Below are positions 29,819 to 39,072 of a DNA stretch of 64,000 nt, piece after piece. Every line of letters starts with the position of its first letter. The first letter of the stretch is position 1. Under the pieces are notes generated by a model. The model searched no databases. It was not told the DNA's origin and worked only from the letters and a program-made list of their open reading frames with translations. Origin of the DNA: Candidatus Thorarchaeota archaeon (GTDB taxonomy: Archaea > Asgardarchaeota > Thorarchaeia > Thorarchaeales > Thorarchaeaceae); NCBI GenBank assembly GCA_029858305.1, contig JAOUFI010000002.1, positions 53,369-117,368 on the forward strand, written 5' to 3'. The translations under genes and the position numbers were made by a program.

Positions 29819-32800
29819 ATGAGAAAAGCAATAATATCGGTCATCCTGATAATTACAATCCTGAGTGTACCATCGGTCGGAACTGACTCAAAATTACTAA
29901 ATTCTTCCCAAACCAATGATATTGATCAAATCGGGTTTCAAGATTCATTACTTTCTGAAATAATTCAATCCGGAAGTACCTTACCAATATTACAAAAGAT
30001 GAACAGATCATTTTCCGACCAACTTACAGTGCTAGCTAATAGCTATGCATCTCCAGATGCTCACGCCAATACTATTGATCTTGTTTCATATCAGATACCT
30101 GGATGGACATTAAATAGAGTAATAATTGACACTCATAACATAACAGCCATTTGTGAAAGAGAATTAGTTGGGACAAGTGCCACACCTTCACAATCATCAA
30201 GCTTTGAAATATACGAACCACCATTGACACCTGATGAATATATCCCGGAACTAGCTCAAGGATTTTATAATATCACTCACGATGGACAACTGCAGAACAT
30301 TTCACTACTCTATAGGTCTCTATATGATCCATCAACTCAAAATTATGCCTATTTTGACATTAGATCAGACTATCAAGATGGCAGTACAAATATGGTTTCT
30401 TCGGTTCCGCTGGGAAATGTAGGACTTACTCAGACTTGGGCTAGCATTACAGAAACAGTTGTTCTTGACGCAAATACAGTATACTATGCTGTTATGAATG
30501 GAACAAAGTTACTTGATGTCGGTACCTATCCTCAAATCTGGTGGCTCTATGAGAATGGTTATGGTGATTTTCTAACTACTCGATACGCTACTGAATTCAG
30601 TGCCTGGAGCTCTAATTTACCCTATGAAGCGATTTTGAATTATACCTATATTCCATGGAATACAACCTCGAATTCTGCCCTTCTATTCTCAGATCCAACT
30701 TCAATAGACACTCAGCTGAATGGAAATCCTGTGTCAGGTACTACTTGGACTGTTACTTCAGTCACCAATATCACATCTATCTCAATGACTACCAATCAAT
30801 CTGCCAATGTTTACTATGATTTGATTTTGTGTTATGAAACAAATAATATTGGATATACTGAATGGAAAGGTCAGTCATCTAGTAATGTAATCATGTGGAA
30901 TGTCACAGCTGATATCACATTCCCTACTGCATCTAATATTGTTAGTCGAACAATGGACATTACGAATATTCCATTAGACTGGAATGCAACTGGTCTGTAC
31001 CTAGCCACCACTCCATCAGGTTCATACGTCAAATCAGGAACAACTGTGACTTGCTCGACCTTGAGTGATGGGACTTGGACACTGACTGTAACAGCACCAA
31101 ACTACGTACTGGGTCTTGCCCTATCAGATTCATCAAACAGTTTGCCAATAATTCACAAAGTGGCTAACAATGTAATTGTGGATATCGATGCTACCATTGC
31201 ATCGGATGGAGGTACTACCAATCTCTCGGTATTGCAAACCAGTACACTCATCTATTCTCCAACAGAGATTCCAGCATCTTCAGGAGCTGCAGCTTTTTCA
31301 TGGAATATTAGTGCAACAACAACTGGAAATGGCACCCATTCTGTAGAAGTCTTTTGGTTATCAACTGATGAACTCGAAGCAGGATACCGAACACAGGAAG
31401 TCTTTGTCTTTCATTCCACAACACTCCTTGCAGATGATTATTTCATAAATGCATTCACAGATGATAGTTTTAGCATTGGGATCGACTTCAATCAATTTTA
31501 TCCTGCGAAGAGCTTAGATGCGCCCGTAGCAAATGTTACCTACTCCTTTGAGAGCGTTATAAATCAAACAATGAATAATCCGGGAGGAGGTCGATGGACA
31601 GCACTCGTGGACACGACTGGTATGAGTAGTGGTATCCGTACTCTCACCGTTTATGCAACAGGATATGCCTTGGAAAACCGTAGTATTGAGATATCAGTGA
31701 ATCTTGTTCATGCAACTTCTCCTCTTATTTGTAGCCTCACACCAGATTATAACATCACATATTTGGAGAGTACAAATCTCACCGTATCGTACAAACAACT
31801 CAATGGAACGAATATTCCTTGGGCAACAGTCAACGTCACCTTTGATGGTTCTACATATGGTATGGTATGGAATCAAATTGCAGAAGTATATTGGATTCAG
31901 CTTAATGGATCTGATTTCGTCACTATTCCAGGCAACACCACACTCACAGTCAATGCCTGGAAATTGGGTTACGAACCGCAATATAACGATTCAACTGAAA
32001 TCACGATTTCTGCTGAAACAGGAGTCTATTTCGATGTCGTCTGGAATCCAATAGACCGAAACATCACATACATCGAGCAAATCACCATCACTGTGAACTA
32101 CACATTCAACTCAATTCCGATAGATAACACTTGGGAAGGAGTATGGGTGAGAGTAACATTTGTTGGCTATCCATACGTGAATCTCACCTATAACCCAGTT
32201 TTGGAGATTTGGCAAGTCACCCTTGATGGAAGTGATTATCTGGGCACAACCATTGTAACAGTTAGAGCGAGTGCTACAGGCTATAGTCCTGTTCAGAATG
32301 TATTCGACATGATAGTGATGGAAGATGCTTCATCGCTCAGTGGTTCATGGACTGCAAATTCATATACGACTAACTACGCGACAGGCGCTCCGCTAACTAT
32401 TATTGTTCAAGACTCGATTGGTTCTGCAATAAATGATGCCAATTTGACCGTCACAGTGAATGGAATTGTTACTAATTATGTACCTGGTGAATACAGTATC
32501 ATCATAGCACCACCTCAAACGGCGGGAATCTATAGTGTTAATGTGACAATGATCAGGTATGGATACACTACCACTACCATATTTCTATCTTTGACAGTAC
32601 TTGCTACAACTGAGCTCGACATAATCGTTTATGACAGTGAATATGAACAGTGGAACTTGAATGTCACTGTAACGTATTCAGACCTTCTCTATACAACTCC
32701 TATAACTGGAGCAACTGTGATTGTGACCCTAAATGGGGAGGACTACACACTGCAATACTCAGCAGGAGTCTACACAATCGAAATCCTCCTTGATGTTGTT

Positions 32801-34360
32801 CCAGGGTCGTATACCATGAGCTTTAATGCAAACGCACCACTAGCAGATCCGCAAACTGCTTCTCGAGAACTGACTGTAATAGCAAAACGTGCAGTCCATC
32901 TTGAGCTAACATATGAAGGTAATCCAAGCTTAGAGGGGCAACTAGTATCTCTAATAGCTACGCTACTTTACAATGGCACAGATCAAGCTGTCATTGGCGA
33001 ACTTGTCCATTTTGTTGTTACTATCACTTTTGCGAATGGAACAGTTCAGATAATGGATAGCACCAATCAAAATGATACTACCAATACAGGTGGAGTTGCG
33101 CAATGGAGTTTCTATGTACCTGGTGGGAATATTGAGTCTATCGAGGCAGAAGCGCATTATTATGGCAGTCGTGTAATCTGGGATGCGCAGAAGACAATTA
33201 CAGTTGGAGGAACCAGTCCAATTATAGCTGTCCTGTTCTTCTTCTTTGGAACACCAATGGGACAACTTATCGTCGGTTCCATTGCTCTCGTTGGGATTGT
33301 CACTACTGCCTACAATCGCCGCGTCAAACCAAAGAAGAGAGCTGCGATGACATCTCTTGAAAACCAACTACAGATGTTCATCGACTTGGAATCTCTCCGT
33401 CACTTTATGGCAGTCTATCTTGACCGAGGAACATGTGTCTTCTATCATCCATTTACGGATGAGAGAATTCAACCAGACCTCATCAGCGGATTCATAGCAG
33501 CCATTACCAGTGTGTATGGCGAAATCAAGGGTGATGGTGTGCGTGGCACACTTGAGGAGATTCAATACCACGGTCTCAGACTGAATAGTTATAGCGGCGA
33601 TAAAATCATCGGCATCCTCATACTTGAAGGAGAGATGACACCACTTCTCAAAGACAGGCTTCAATTCTTCGTTGAACTCTTCGAGAATCAATACGAGAAA
33701 GATCTTGATGGCTGGTCAGGACTTGTTGATTGCTTTGACTCAGAGTGGATAGTTTCAACCTTGAACTCTGCATTCAATTATGCTTGGCTTCTCCCACATC
33801 GATTTGGGCCCACACAGAAGGTGTCGAAAACAGATGCTAGGATACTCGACTACATTGCAGCAGTTCGCGATGAGCGAGGAGAATTTTACATAAGGAAACT
33901 GATTTCACCACTCTCAGAGATGCTAGAATTGACAGAAGCACAGATATTAGATCGCCTTCTCACACTTCAAGAAAGAGGAGCAATTGTACCAGTTGGTGTG
34001 CAAACAGTTCTTCAACGCCAAGGAATGGGCTTATCAGATGGGCATGAGGGAGAGGATGTCAAAACAATTGAGTTACTTCCTCCATCAGAGATCAGTAAGG
34101 AATTAGAAGAAGAACCTGAACCTATTCGAACAGAAGAACCAACTGCAGCGCCTGAGGAACCCGTCGAAAAACCCACTCCAGAACCAAAAGAAAAGCGAAA
34201 ATCAAAACTAAAAGTGATGGCTGAAGAACCTACTCCAGAGCCTGAACCAGAGGTGAAGGAAGAGATTGATCCGATGGAAGCTTTCATCATGGATGTAGAG
34301 TCCCTTTTAGCTGCAAAAGAGAAGAAAGAATCAGAAACTAAAAAGGATGAGGAAGAATAA
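29819..34360 (+). CDS. Surface protein: same head as upstream gene, about 6-7 Ig-like repeats, TM, cytoplasmic longin-like domain, winged helix and acidic tail
   Basis: Shared YAYFD.RSDY.DG.TNMVSSVPLGNVGLT segment; TM about 33217-33313; GTCVFYHPF....PDLISGFIAAITS..GEI longin-type motif. Confidence 0.85.
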   Translation: MRKAIISVILIITILSVPSVGTDSKLLNSSQTNDIDQIGFQDSLLSEIIQSGSTLPILQKMNRSFSDQLTVLANSYASPDAHANTIDLVSYQIPGWTLNRVIIDTHNITAICERELVGTSATPSQSSSFEIYEPPLTPDEYIPELAQGFYNITHDGQLQNISLLYRSLYDPSTQNYAYFDIRSDYQDGSTNMVSSVPLGNVGLTQTWASITETVVLDANTVYYAVMNGTKLLDVGTYPQIWWLYENGYGDFLTTRYATEFSAWSSNLPYEAILNYTYIPWNTTSNSALLFSDPTSIDTQLNGNPVSGTTWTVTSVTNITSISMTTNQSANVYYDLILCYETNNIGYTEWKGQSSSNVIMWNVTADITFPTASNIVSRTMDITNIPLDWNATGLYLATTPSGSYVKSGTTVTCSTLSDGTWTLTVTAPNYVLGLALSDSSNSLPIIHKVANNVIVDIDATIASDGGTTNLSVLQTSTLIYSPTEIPASSGAAAFSWNISATTTGNGTHSVEVFWLSTDELEAGYRTQEVFVFHSTTLLADDYFINAFTDDSFSIGIDFNQFYPAKSLDAPVANVTYSFESVINQTMNNPGGGRWTALVDTTGMSSGIRTLTVYATGYALENRSIEISVNLVHATSPLICSLTPDYNITYLESTNLTVSYKQLNGTNIPWATVNVTFDGSTYGMVWNQIAEVYWIQLNGSDFVTIPGNTTLTVNAWKLGYEPQYNDSTEITISAETGVYFDVVWNPIDRNITYIEQITITVNYTFNSIPIDNTWEGVWVRVTFVGYPYVNLTYNPVLEIWQVTLDGSDYLGTTIVTVRASATGYSPVQNVFDMIVMEDASSLSGSWTANSYTTNYATGAPLTIIVQDSIGSAINDANLTVTVNGIVTNYVPGEYSIIIAPPQTAGIYSVNVTMIRYGYTTTTIFLSLTVLATTELDIIVYDSEYEQWNLNVTVTYSDLLYTTPITGATVIVTLNGEDYTLQYSAGVYTIEILLDVVPGSYTMSFNANAPLADPQTASRELTVIAKRAVHLELTYEGNPSLEGQLVSLIATLLYNGTDQAVIGELVHFVVTITFANGTVQIMDSTNQNDTTNTGGVAQWSFYVPGGNIESIEAEAHYYGSRVIWDAQKTITVGGTSPIIAVLFFFFGTPMGQLIVGSIALVGIVTTAYNRRVKPKKRAAMTSLENQLQMFIDLESLRHFMAVYLDRGTCVFYHPFTDERIQPDLISGFIAAITSVYGEIKGDGVRGTLEEIQYHGLRLNSYSGDKIIGILILEGEMTPLLKDRLQFFVELFENQYEKDLDGWSGLVDCFDSEWIVSTLNSAFNYAWLLPHRFGPTQKVSKTDARILDYIAAVRDERGEFYIRKLISPLSEMLELTEAQILDRLLTLQERGAIVPVGVQTVLQRQGMGLSDGHEGEDVKTIELLPPSEISKELEEEPEPIRTEEPTAAPEEPVEKPTPEPKEKRKSKLKVMAEEPTPEPEPEVKEEIDPMEAFIMDVESLLAAKEKKESETKKDEEE

Positions 34361-34422
34361 ATCCCGAACAAGCAAAGAACACTTATGTACCCTACAGATT
34401 GCAGGAAGGGCGGGGCGACGCT

Positions 34423-34743
34423 ATGGTTTGGAATATCGAGAATTACTATATCATCGATGAAAGAATCCTCAGGGTTGAGATCTCAGTTCCTTTGCTGGAG
34501 TTCCTATATATCAGAATAGATGATGTGAAGCAGGCGTGGCTAGATATGTTGAGTCAGGTTGTTTCTGAACAACCGGGCTTTGATGTATCATGGGAGATGC
34601 AACCCCGACAGGATCAGGCCGTTGTTACAATTCAAATAGCGAAACCTGGAAATCTTGGTGAGTTTACCAGAGAAGAGACAAACGGAGCAATTGATGCGGT
34701 AGATGCATTATTTGATGACAAGAAAGACTCTATCGATTTTTAA
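34423..34743 (+). CDS. Hypothetical protein
   Basis: ORF fills gap; ATG 34423 (track start 34399); no motif. Confidence 0.55.
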   Translation: MVWNIENYYIIDERILRVEISVPLLEFLYIRIDDVKQAWLDMLSQVVSEQPGFDVSWEMQPRQDQAVVTIQIAKPGNLGEFTREETNGAIDAVDALFDDKKDSIDF

Positions 34744-35995
34744 TAACTGGTAGCGTCCAGTTGCCCTGAGGAATAACTGCAACTCGAGGGCGAGATACCA
34801 TCTGCTCTATTGCCATTTCAAGCCCTTCTTGAGGGTCTCTCACTGCTAGACTGTGGAAATGCTCTACTACCATTGATTCTCGAAGTCGACTACATATGAT
34901 AAGTTTCCTTGAGGATAAGACGTTCCAGAGGAATCGAGCCTTTTCCATTCCCAGTTCGTAGCTAGTTTCAGCAAAAACAGCAATTTCAGACTCAGACTGA
35001 CACTCTGATACCCCCCTCAGAAAGCCGCTTGGACCTGGACCTTCTGCGCACTCAGCGACCAAAACGATAGTTCCTCCATACTCAGTTACTTCTCTGGCTG
35101 CATGGAGGCTATCAATAGCATCATAGAGCGTGTTGTCAAATGACATTCCCCCTGCACTCACAATCGCTATGTCTGATTTATGAAGGATAGGGGTCTCTGA
35201 CAGAGTTCTTGCTATATCGACACCATGGGACCATGCGCTGTGTGGTTCTCCTACAACAATATCTGCTATACTATCAGTTCGATCAGGTACAGCATTTATG
35301 ATGAAATCAAGGCCAGCAATTTGAGAAATCTCATCCATATCTACACATGTTGCACTATTGATACCGAAGGGGCCTACTTGACATGTTGCCTGTAGCTTGG
35401 AGTTGCGAACGATGGTTTTGTATCCAGAAATATGAGGTATAACTGAAATACGCCCTCCAGTTGCTCCTACATAGACATTTTGTCTTATTGTCCCAAGGCC
35501 AATACGAATGTCTGCCTCTGCAAATGCTCTGTTAATAGAAACTGGGGTAGAGTATGTGGAAGTGTCACCTACATAACAGAGATTTTCATCATCTTCTGGG
35601 TCATGAAGAACCAGTATATGACCATCAGCTGTCGGATGACCTAACATATTATCAATTTTTGATTGGTTTGGTGTAGAACCTAACTTTGGTGAAAAGAGAA
35701 GTATGATGTCGGAAGGGGTTGTCATTGAAGTTCGCAGAATACCTAGAAGTACCTTGAGAAGACTTCGGTTCAGAGTTATATCGTGTTCACTGTTGACGAC
35801 CACAGCGGCAGTTCTTGCTTGAGTCATCAATTGTGAGAGAGGGCTAGAGTTGAGTGCATACTCAACAGATCTATTCATTTCATCAGAGATATCAGATAAT
35901 CCCTGTATGGTCTTTGGAACAACAGATTCGGCATCATACCTATGCGGTATCTCGACTGGCAGAGTTCCTTCGCCGTAACGTAAATCTATTCTCAC
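34730..35995 (-). CDS. Lactate racemase LarA-superfamily protein, NPN-cofactor residues degenerate
   Basis: L.YG...L..EIP N-terminus, HDP.D, G.T....PV.IN, GG..SV.P, SAGG..D.TLY, GGTIVLVAEC.EG.G, V.P.G..TLP. Confidence 0.8.
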   Translation of the reverse strand: MRIDLRYGEGTLPVEIPHRYDAESVVPKTIQGLSDISDEMNRSVEYALNSSPLSQLMTQARTAAVVVNSEHDITLNRSLLKVLLGILRTSMTTPSDIILLFSPKLGSTPNQSKIDNMLGHPTADGHILVLHDPEDDENLCYVGDTSTYSTPVSINRAFAEADIRIGLGTIRQNVYVGATGGRISVIPHISGYKTIVRNSKLQATCQVGPFGINSATCVDMDEISQIAGLDFIINAVPDRTDSIADIVVGEPHSAWSHGVDIARTLSETPILHKSDIAIVSAGGMSFDNTLYDAIDSLHAAREVTEYGGTIVLVAECAEGPGPSGFLRGVSECQSESEIAVFAETSYELGMEKARFLWNVLSSRKLIICSRLRESMVVEHFHSLAVRDPQEGLEMAIEQMVSRPRVAVIPQGNWTLPVIKNR

Positions 35996-36106
35996 CAGCT
36001 ATTGACCCAGAATCATGTTGCCAACCAGCCACTTAAAGTTAACAGGAAATCCTGGAGGATATCTTATTATCACATTAGTGGTCAGAATGAAATGGTTACG
36101 AGACCG

Positions 36107-36862
36107 ATGAGAAAGTCAGATATATTACTCCTCATATCGATAATTATTCTATCACTCTATTTCTTGGTGTCAATGATTATCCCGGGTCTTGGAAGCCCCA
36201 TTGTAATAATCTACAATTGGTTACTAGATTTCTCGCTTGTGTTAGGCTATTTGGGTGACTTTCTAATCTCATTCTTAGGCAATGCCACCGTGCTCATTCC
36301 GTTCCCCTACATGATCGTAACGTTCATACTTGGAGGGCTTATTGATGAAGTCACATACGAGTTTCTATTTGATCCATGGCTTGTAGGACTTCTATCTGGC
36401 TTTGGTGCGGTCCTTGGTGAGATGACAGGTTACTTCATTGGATACGGTGGAGGTCAGTTTCTTGATAAGAATCAGAGGAATGCGTTTAGAGAGTATATAG
36501 ATGAACATCCAAGAGCAACACCCTTTGTTCTGTGGTTTCTTGCTGCCACACCAATACCTGATGATGTTCTCATTATTCCTCTAGGAGCCGCAAGATATCC
36601 ATGGTGGAAAGTATTGATTCCCCAGTTCATTGGGAAGACGATGTTTATGACCTTTATTGCATGGTCAGGCAGATTTGGATTGAGCATTGTAGGCTCGCTT
36701 CTTGGGAGTACGGATCCGTCGAGTATTGCGTCCCGAGGTATCGAGATTGCCAGCGTGTTTATGATTGTGCTGGCAGTTTACGTGCTCGTGCGAATTGATT
36801 GGATGAAGCTTATGACTAATGAATCACATGCGGAGGAACACAGAGATAATGAGACGAGCTGA
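36107..36862 (+). CDS. DedA/VTT (SNARE-associated) family membrane protein
   Basis: GAVLGEMTGYFIGYGG, AATPIPDD, IGK motifs; ATG 36107 chosen by similarity to the paralog start. Confidence 0.8.
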   Translation: MRKSDILLLISIIILSLYFLVSMIIPGLGSPIVIIYNWLLDFSLVLGYLGDFLISFLGNATVLIPFPYMIVTFILGGLIDEVTYEFLFDPWLVGLLSGFGAVLGEMTGYFIGYGGGQFLDKNQRNAFREYIDEHPRATPFVLWFLAATPIPDDVLIIPLGAARYPWWKVLIPQFIGKTMFMTFIAWSGRFGLSIVGSLLGSTDPSSIASRGIEIASVFMIVLAVYVLVRIDWMKLMTNESHAEEHRDNETS

Positions 36863-37595
36863 CCAAGTATTCATTGTATCAATGATTCTGGTTTTCATCT
36901 ATTGGATTCTTTTGCTCACAAATCCCTATTCGACCAGTCTACTTGCTAATTTCTTTGATTGGATTGCTGATGTTGCTATCGTTTTAGGATATCCTGGTAC
37001 TTTCCTGGCGAGTCTGTTTGGAAGCGCGAGCGTGGTTGTGGAGATACCTTTTGCAGGGGTGCCATTTGTCCTTGGAGGTTTAAGGGATGGAATATCAGGA
37101 CCGTTCATCTTTGACCCTTGGATACTTGGCCTGCTTTCCGGAATAGGGGCTACAATTGGTGATATGACCAGCTATGCCCTCGGATACGCTGGGAGAAGAC
37201 TTGTCGATGAAGCTAGTACAAGTGGCTTTAGCAAGTTCGTTCAGGACTATCCAAGAGCAACTCCACTGGTAATCTTCGTATTGGCATCGACGCCACTACC
37301 TCTTGACCCTGCTGTCGTTGCTTTGGGAGTGGCGAGATATACATGGTGGAAATTATTCATACCATGCCTTATTGGAGAGATTATCTTTTTGACTGCGATC
37401 TCCTGGAGCGGCAGATTGAGCTTGGATTGGATTTTGGGTCTATTGGGTATTGATGGTCCTGTCACACCGCTGTCTGCAACTATAGAGGTATTTGGGATTA
37501 TTATCTTGATACTTACAGTCTATTTAGCTGTCCGACTCGATTGGGCAACAATTGGCAAGAAACTAAGACCGACCCATGGAATCACCAACGAGTAG
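36849..37595 (+). CDS. DedA/VTT family membrane protein (paralog)
   Basis: GATIGDMTSYALGYAG, ASTPLPLD; collinear similarity to the upstream gene. Confidence 0.8.
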   Translation: MRRADQVFIVSMILVFIYWILLLTNPYSTSLLANFFDWIADVAIVLGYPGTFLASLFGSASVVVEIPFAGVPFVLGGLRDGISGPFIFDPWILGLLSGIGATIGDMTSYALGYAGRRLVDEASTSGFSKFVQDYPRATPLVIFVLASTPLPLDPAVVALGVARYTWWKLFIPCLIGEIIFLTAISWSGRLSLDWILGLLGIDGPVTPLSATIEVFGIIILILTVYLAVRLDWATIGKKLRPTHGITNE

Positions 37596-37596
37596 G

Positions 37597-38529
37597 TTAA
37601 TCCTCATCATCAGTCTGTTCCTCCGCATAAAATCCAGAAAAGAAATCGTGTCCTGCTTTTGTGACCGAGATAATCCCATCCTTCAAAAGATTGCTAATGG
37701 CAGTAAGATTCAGACCTGAAGATGTGAGCGGTACTTTGAGCATGCCAATGTCGTTCATCTCTCCAAGTAGTTGGATGAATGCATTCAGTCTGTAAAGGGC
37801 AAAAAGACCAACACATTTAGAAAATGCCCGCTTGATACCTTCAACCACAGCTTGTTTGGGGTCATCAAATTCAGCAAGTGCTTTTTCAATCTCCAAAAAT
37901 GTGCAACACATGGTAATTGAATTCTCATCAGGTGAATCCTGAAAATGGCCTGGTGCCTCAAGGAGAAACGGATCTCTGAAACGATTTAAAATCTTTAATC
38001 TCACAGACTCATCTGGGATTGACCACCAAGATCGTAGATGCTGATCGGAGAGTGGTTTCACTTCAAGATTCTTGTCCCGGGAGCTTTCTGAAATAAGAGA
38101 AGGGATGAAAGAATGCCAGCCAGGAATCATTCTCAGTCCGAGATTGCCACCAAGGGGTAATTCATAGTCAAGTCTTCTTGAGCAGTAATGAACGAGGTCA
38201 TAGATTGCATATTTTCTACGCTTATCAAGAAAGACAAAGATTGGCTCATAGTCACCCTCATGTGCAGGAACTGCTTGATAGTCCCATACATAGAGATATT
38301 GAAGGCAAACAAGGTCAGGAATTTCCGATGATTTCAAAATTCTGCCGTAGACTCCGATGAACTGAGTTTCTCGGAGGGCGGTTCGAATTCCCTCTGGAAT
38401 AACCGCGCCAAGACTATCAGCAAGAGCTCTGTCTCCACGATTCACACCAGAAGTCACAGGAAGGTACCTCTCGAGTAGAACTTGGTCATATTCGGCCTTT
38501 AGTCCTCGGTGATGTTCTGTGAAAGTCAT
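37597..38529 (-). CDS. Hypothetical protein with Vps62/NPP1-like HEGDxE motif
   Basis: LQYLYVWDYQ...HEGDYEPIFVFL; ATG 38529 more plausible than track start 38679. Confidence 0.6.
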   Translation of the reverse strand: MTFTEHHRGLKAEYDQVLLERYLPVTSGVNRGDRALADSLGAVIPEGIRTALRETQFIGVYGRILKSSEIPDLVCLQYLYVWDYQAVPAHEGDYEPIFVFLDKRRKYAIYDLVHYCSRRLDYELPLGGNLGLRMIPGWHSFIPSLISESSRDKNLEVKPLSDQHLRSWWSIPDESVRLKILNRFRDPFLLEAPGHFQDSPDENSITMCCTFLEIEKALAEFDDPKQAVVEGIKRAFSKCVGLFALYRLNAFIQLLGEMNDIGMLKVPLTSSGLNLTAISNLLKDGIISVTKAGHDFFSGFYAEEQTDDED

Positions 38530-38682
38530 CTCATTGACTCTCGGTTTTATGCGAAGTTGTTCAGAGTATTCCTTTTCAACCAAGTCTTGTTTCCTCTTTC
38601 CATAAAACGTATAGATGAGATTATAGATATTGTGACAGAAATTGGAGAGAAGGGTGGTACTGGTAACCACCCAGTTCATATT

Positions 38683-39072
38683 TTAAGCTGGTTTGAAAGC
38701 GAGATATGTTGCTCCAGATTTACCTTTCTCATAATCCAACTTTAGATTAATGCCAAGTCTAACTTGCTCGGGCTTCAAGGGATCGAATCCTAGAAGACGG
38801 GCACTGACACGTGTACCTTCAGCAAGTTCTACGATTGCCACATAATAGGGAGCTTCTTCTGCAAATTGGTCAGGGGCGACATGAATTACTGTGAATGAAA
38901 CGAGTTTTCCTTTTCCACTGACTTCTGCCCATTTCATATTACTACTACCACAGCCGTAGCATGAACCGGATGGAGGAGCGATTATCATTCCGCAATCTAC
39001 ACACTTGTATGCTTTAAAGTGACCTTCTTCAATATTCTTTAGGTATGCTTCTATGGTTGGTTTCTCACTCAT
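38683..39072 (-). CDS. DUF35 Zn-ribbon/OB-fold protein (thiolase partner)
   Basis: CVDC..PP...CYGC, SG.GKL.SFTVIH..P, PY.VAIVEL.EG; overlaps the thiolase stop. Confidence 0.92.
   Translation of the reverse strand: MSEKPTIEAYLKNIEEGHFKAYKCVDCGMIIAPPSGSCYGCGSSNMKWAEVSGKGKLVSFTVIHVAPDQFAEEAPYYVAIVELAEGTRVSARLLGFDPLKPEQVRLGINLKLDYEKGKSGATYLAFKPA

Noticed and set aside
20054-30454. Nucleotide similarity between the two giant genes considered as DGR template/variable repeat
   Set aside because: Differences are not adenine-specific, both copies are coding N-terminal regions, and no reverse transcriptase is present; explained by paralogy.
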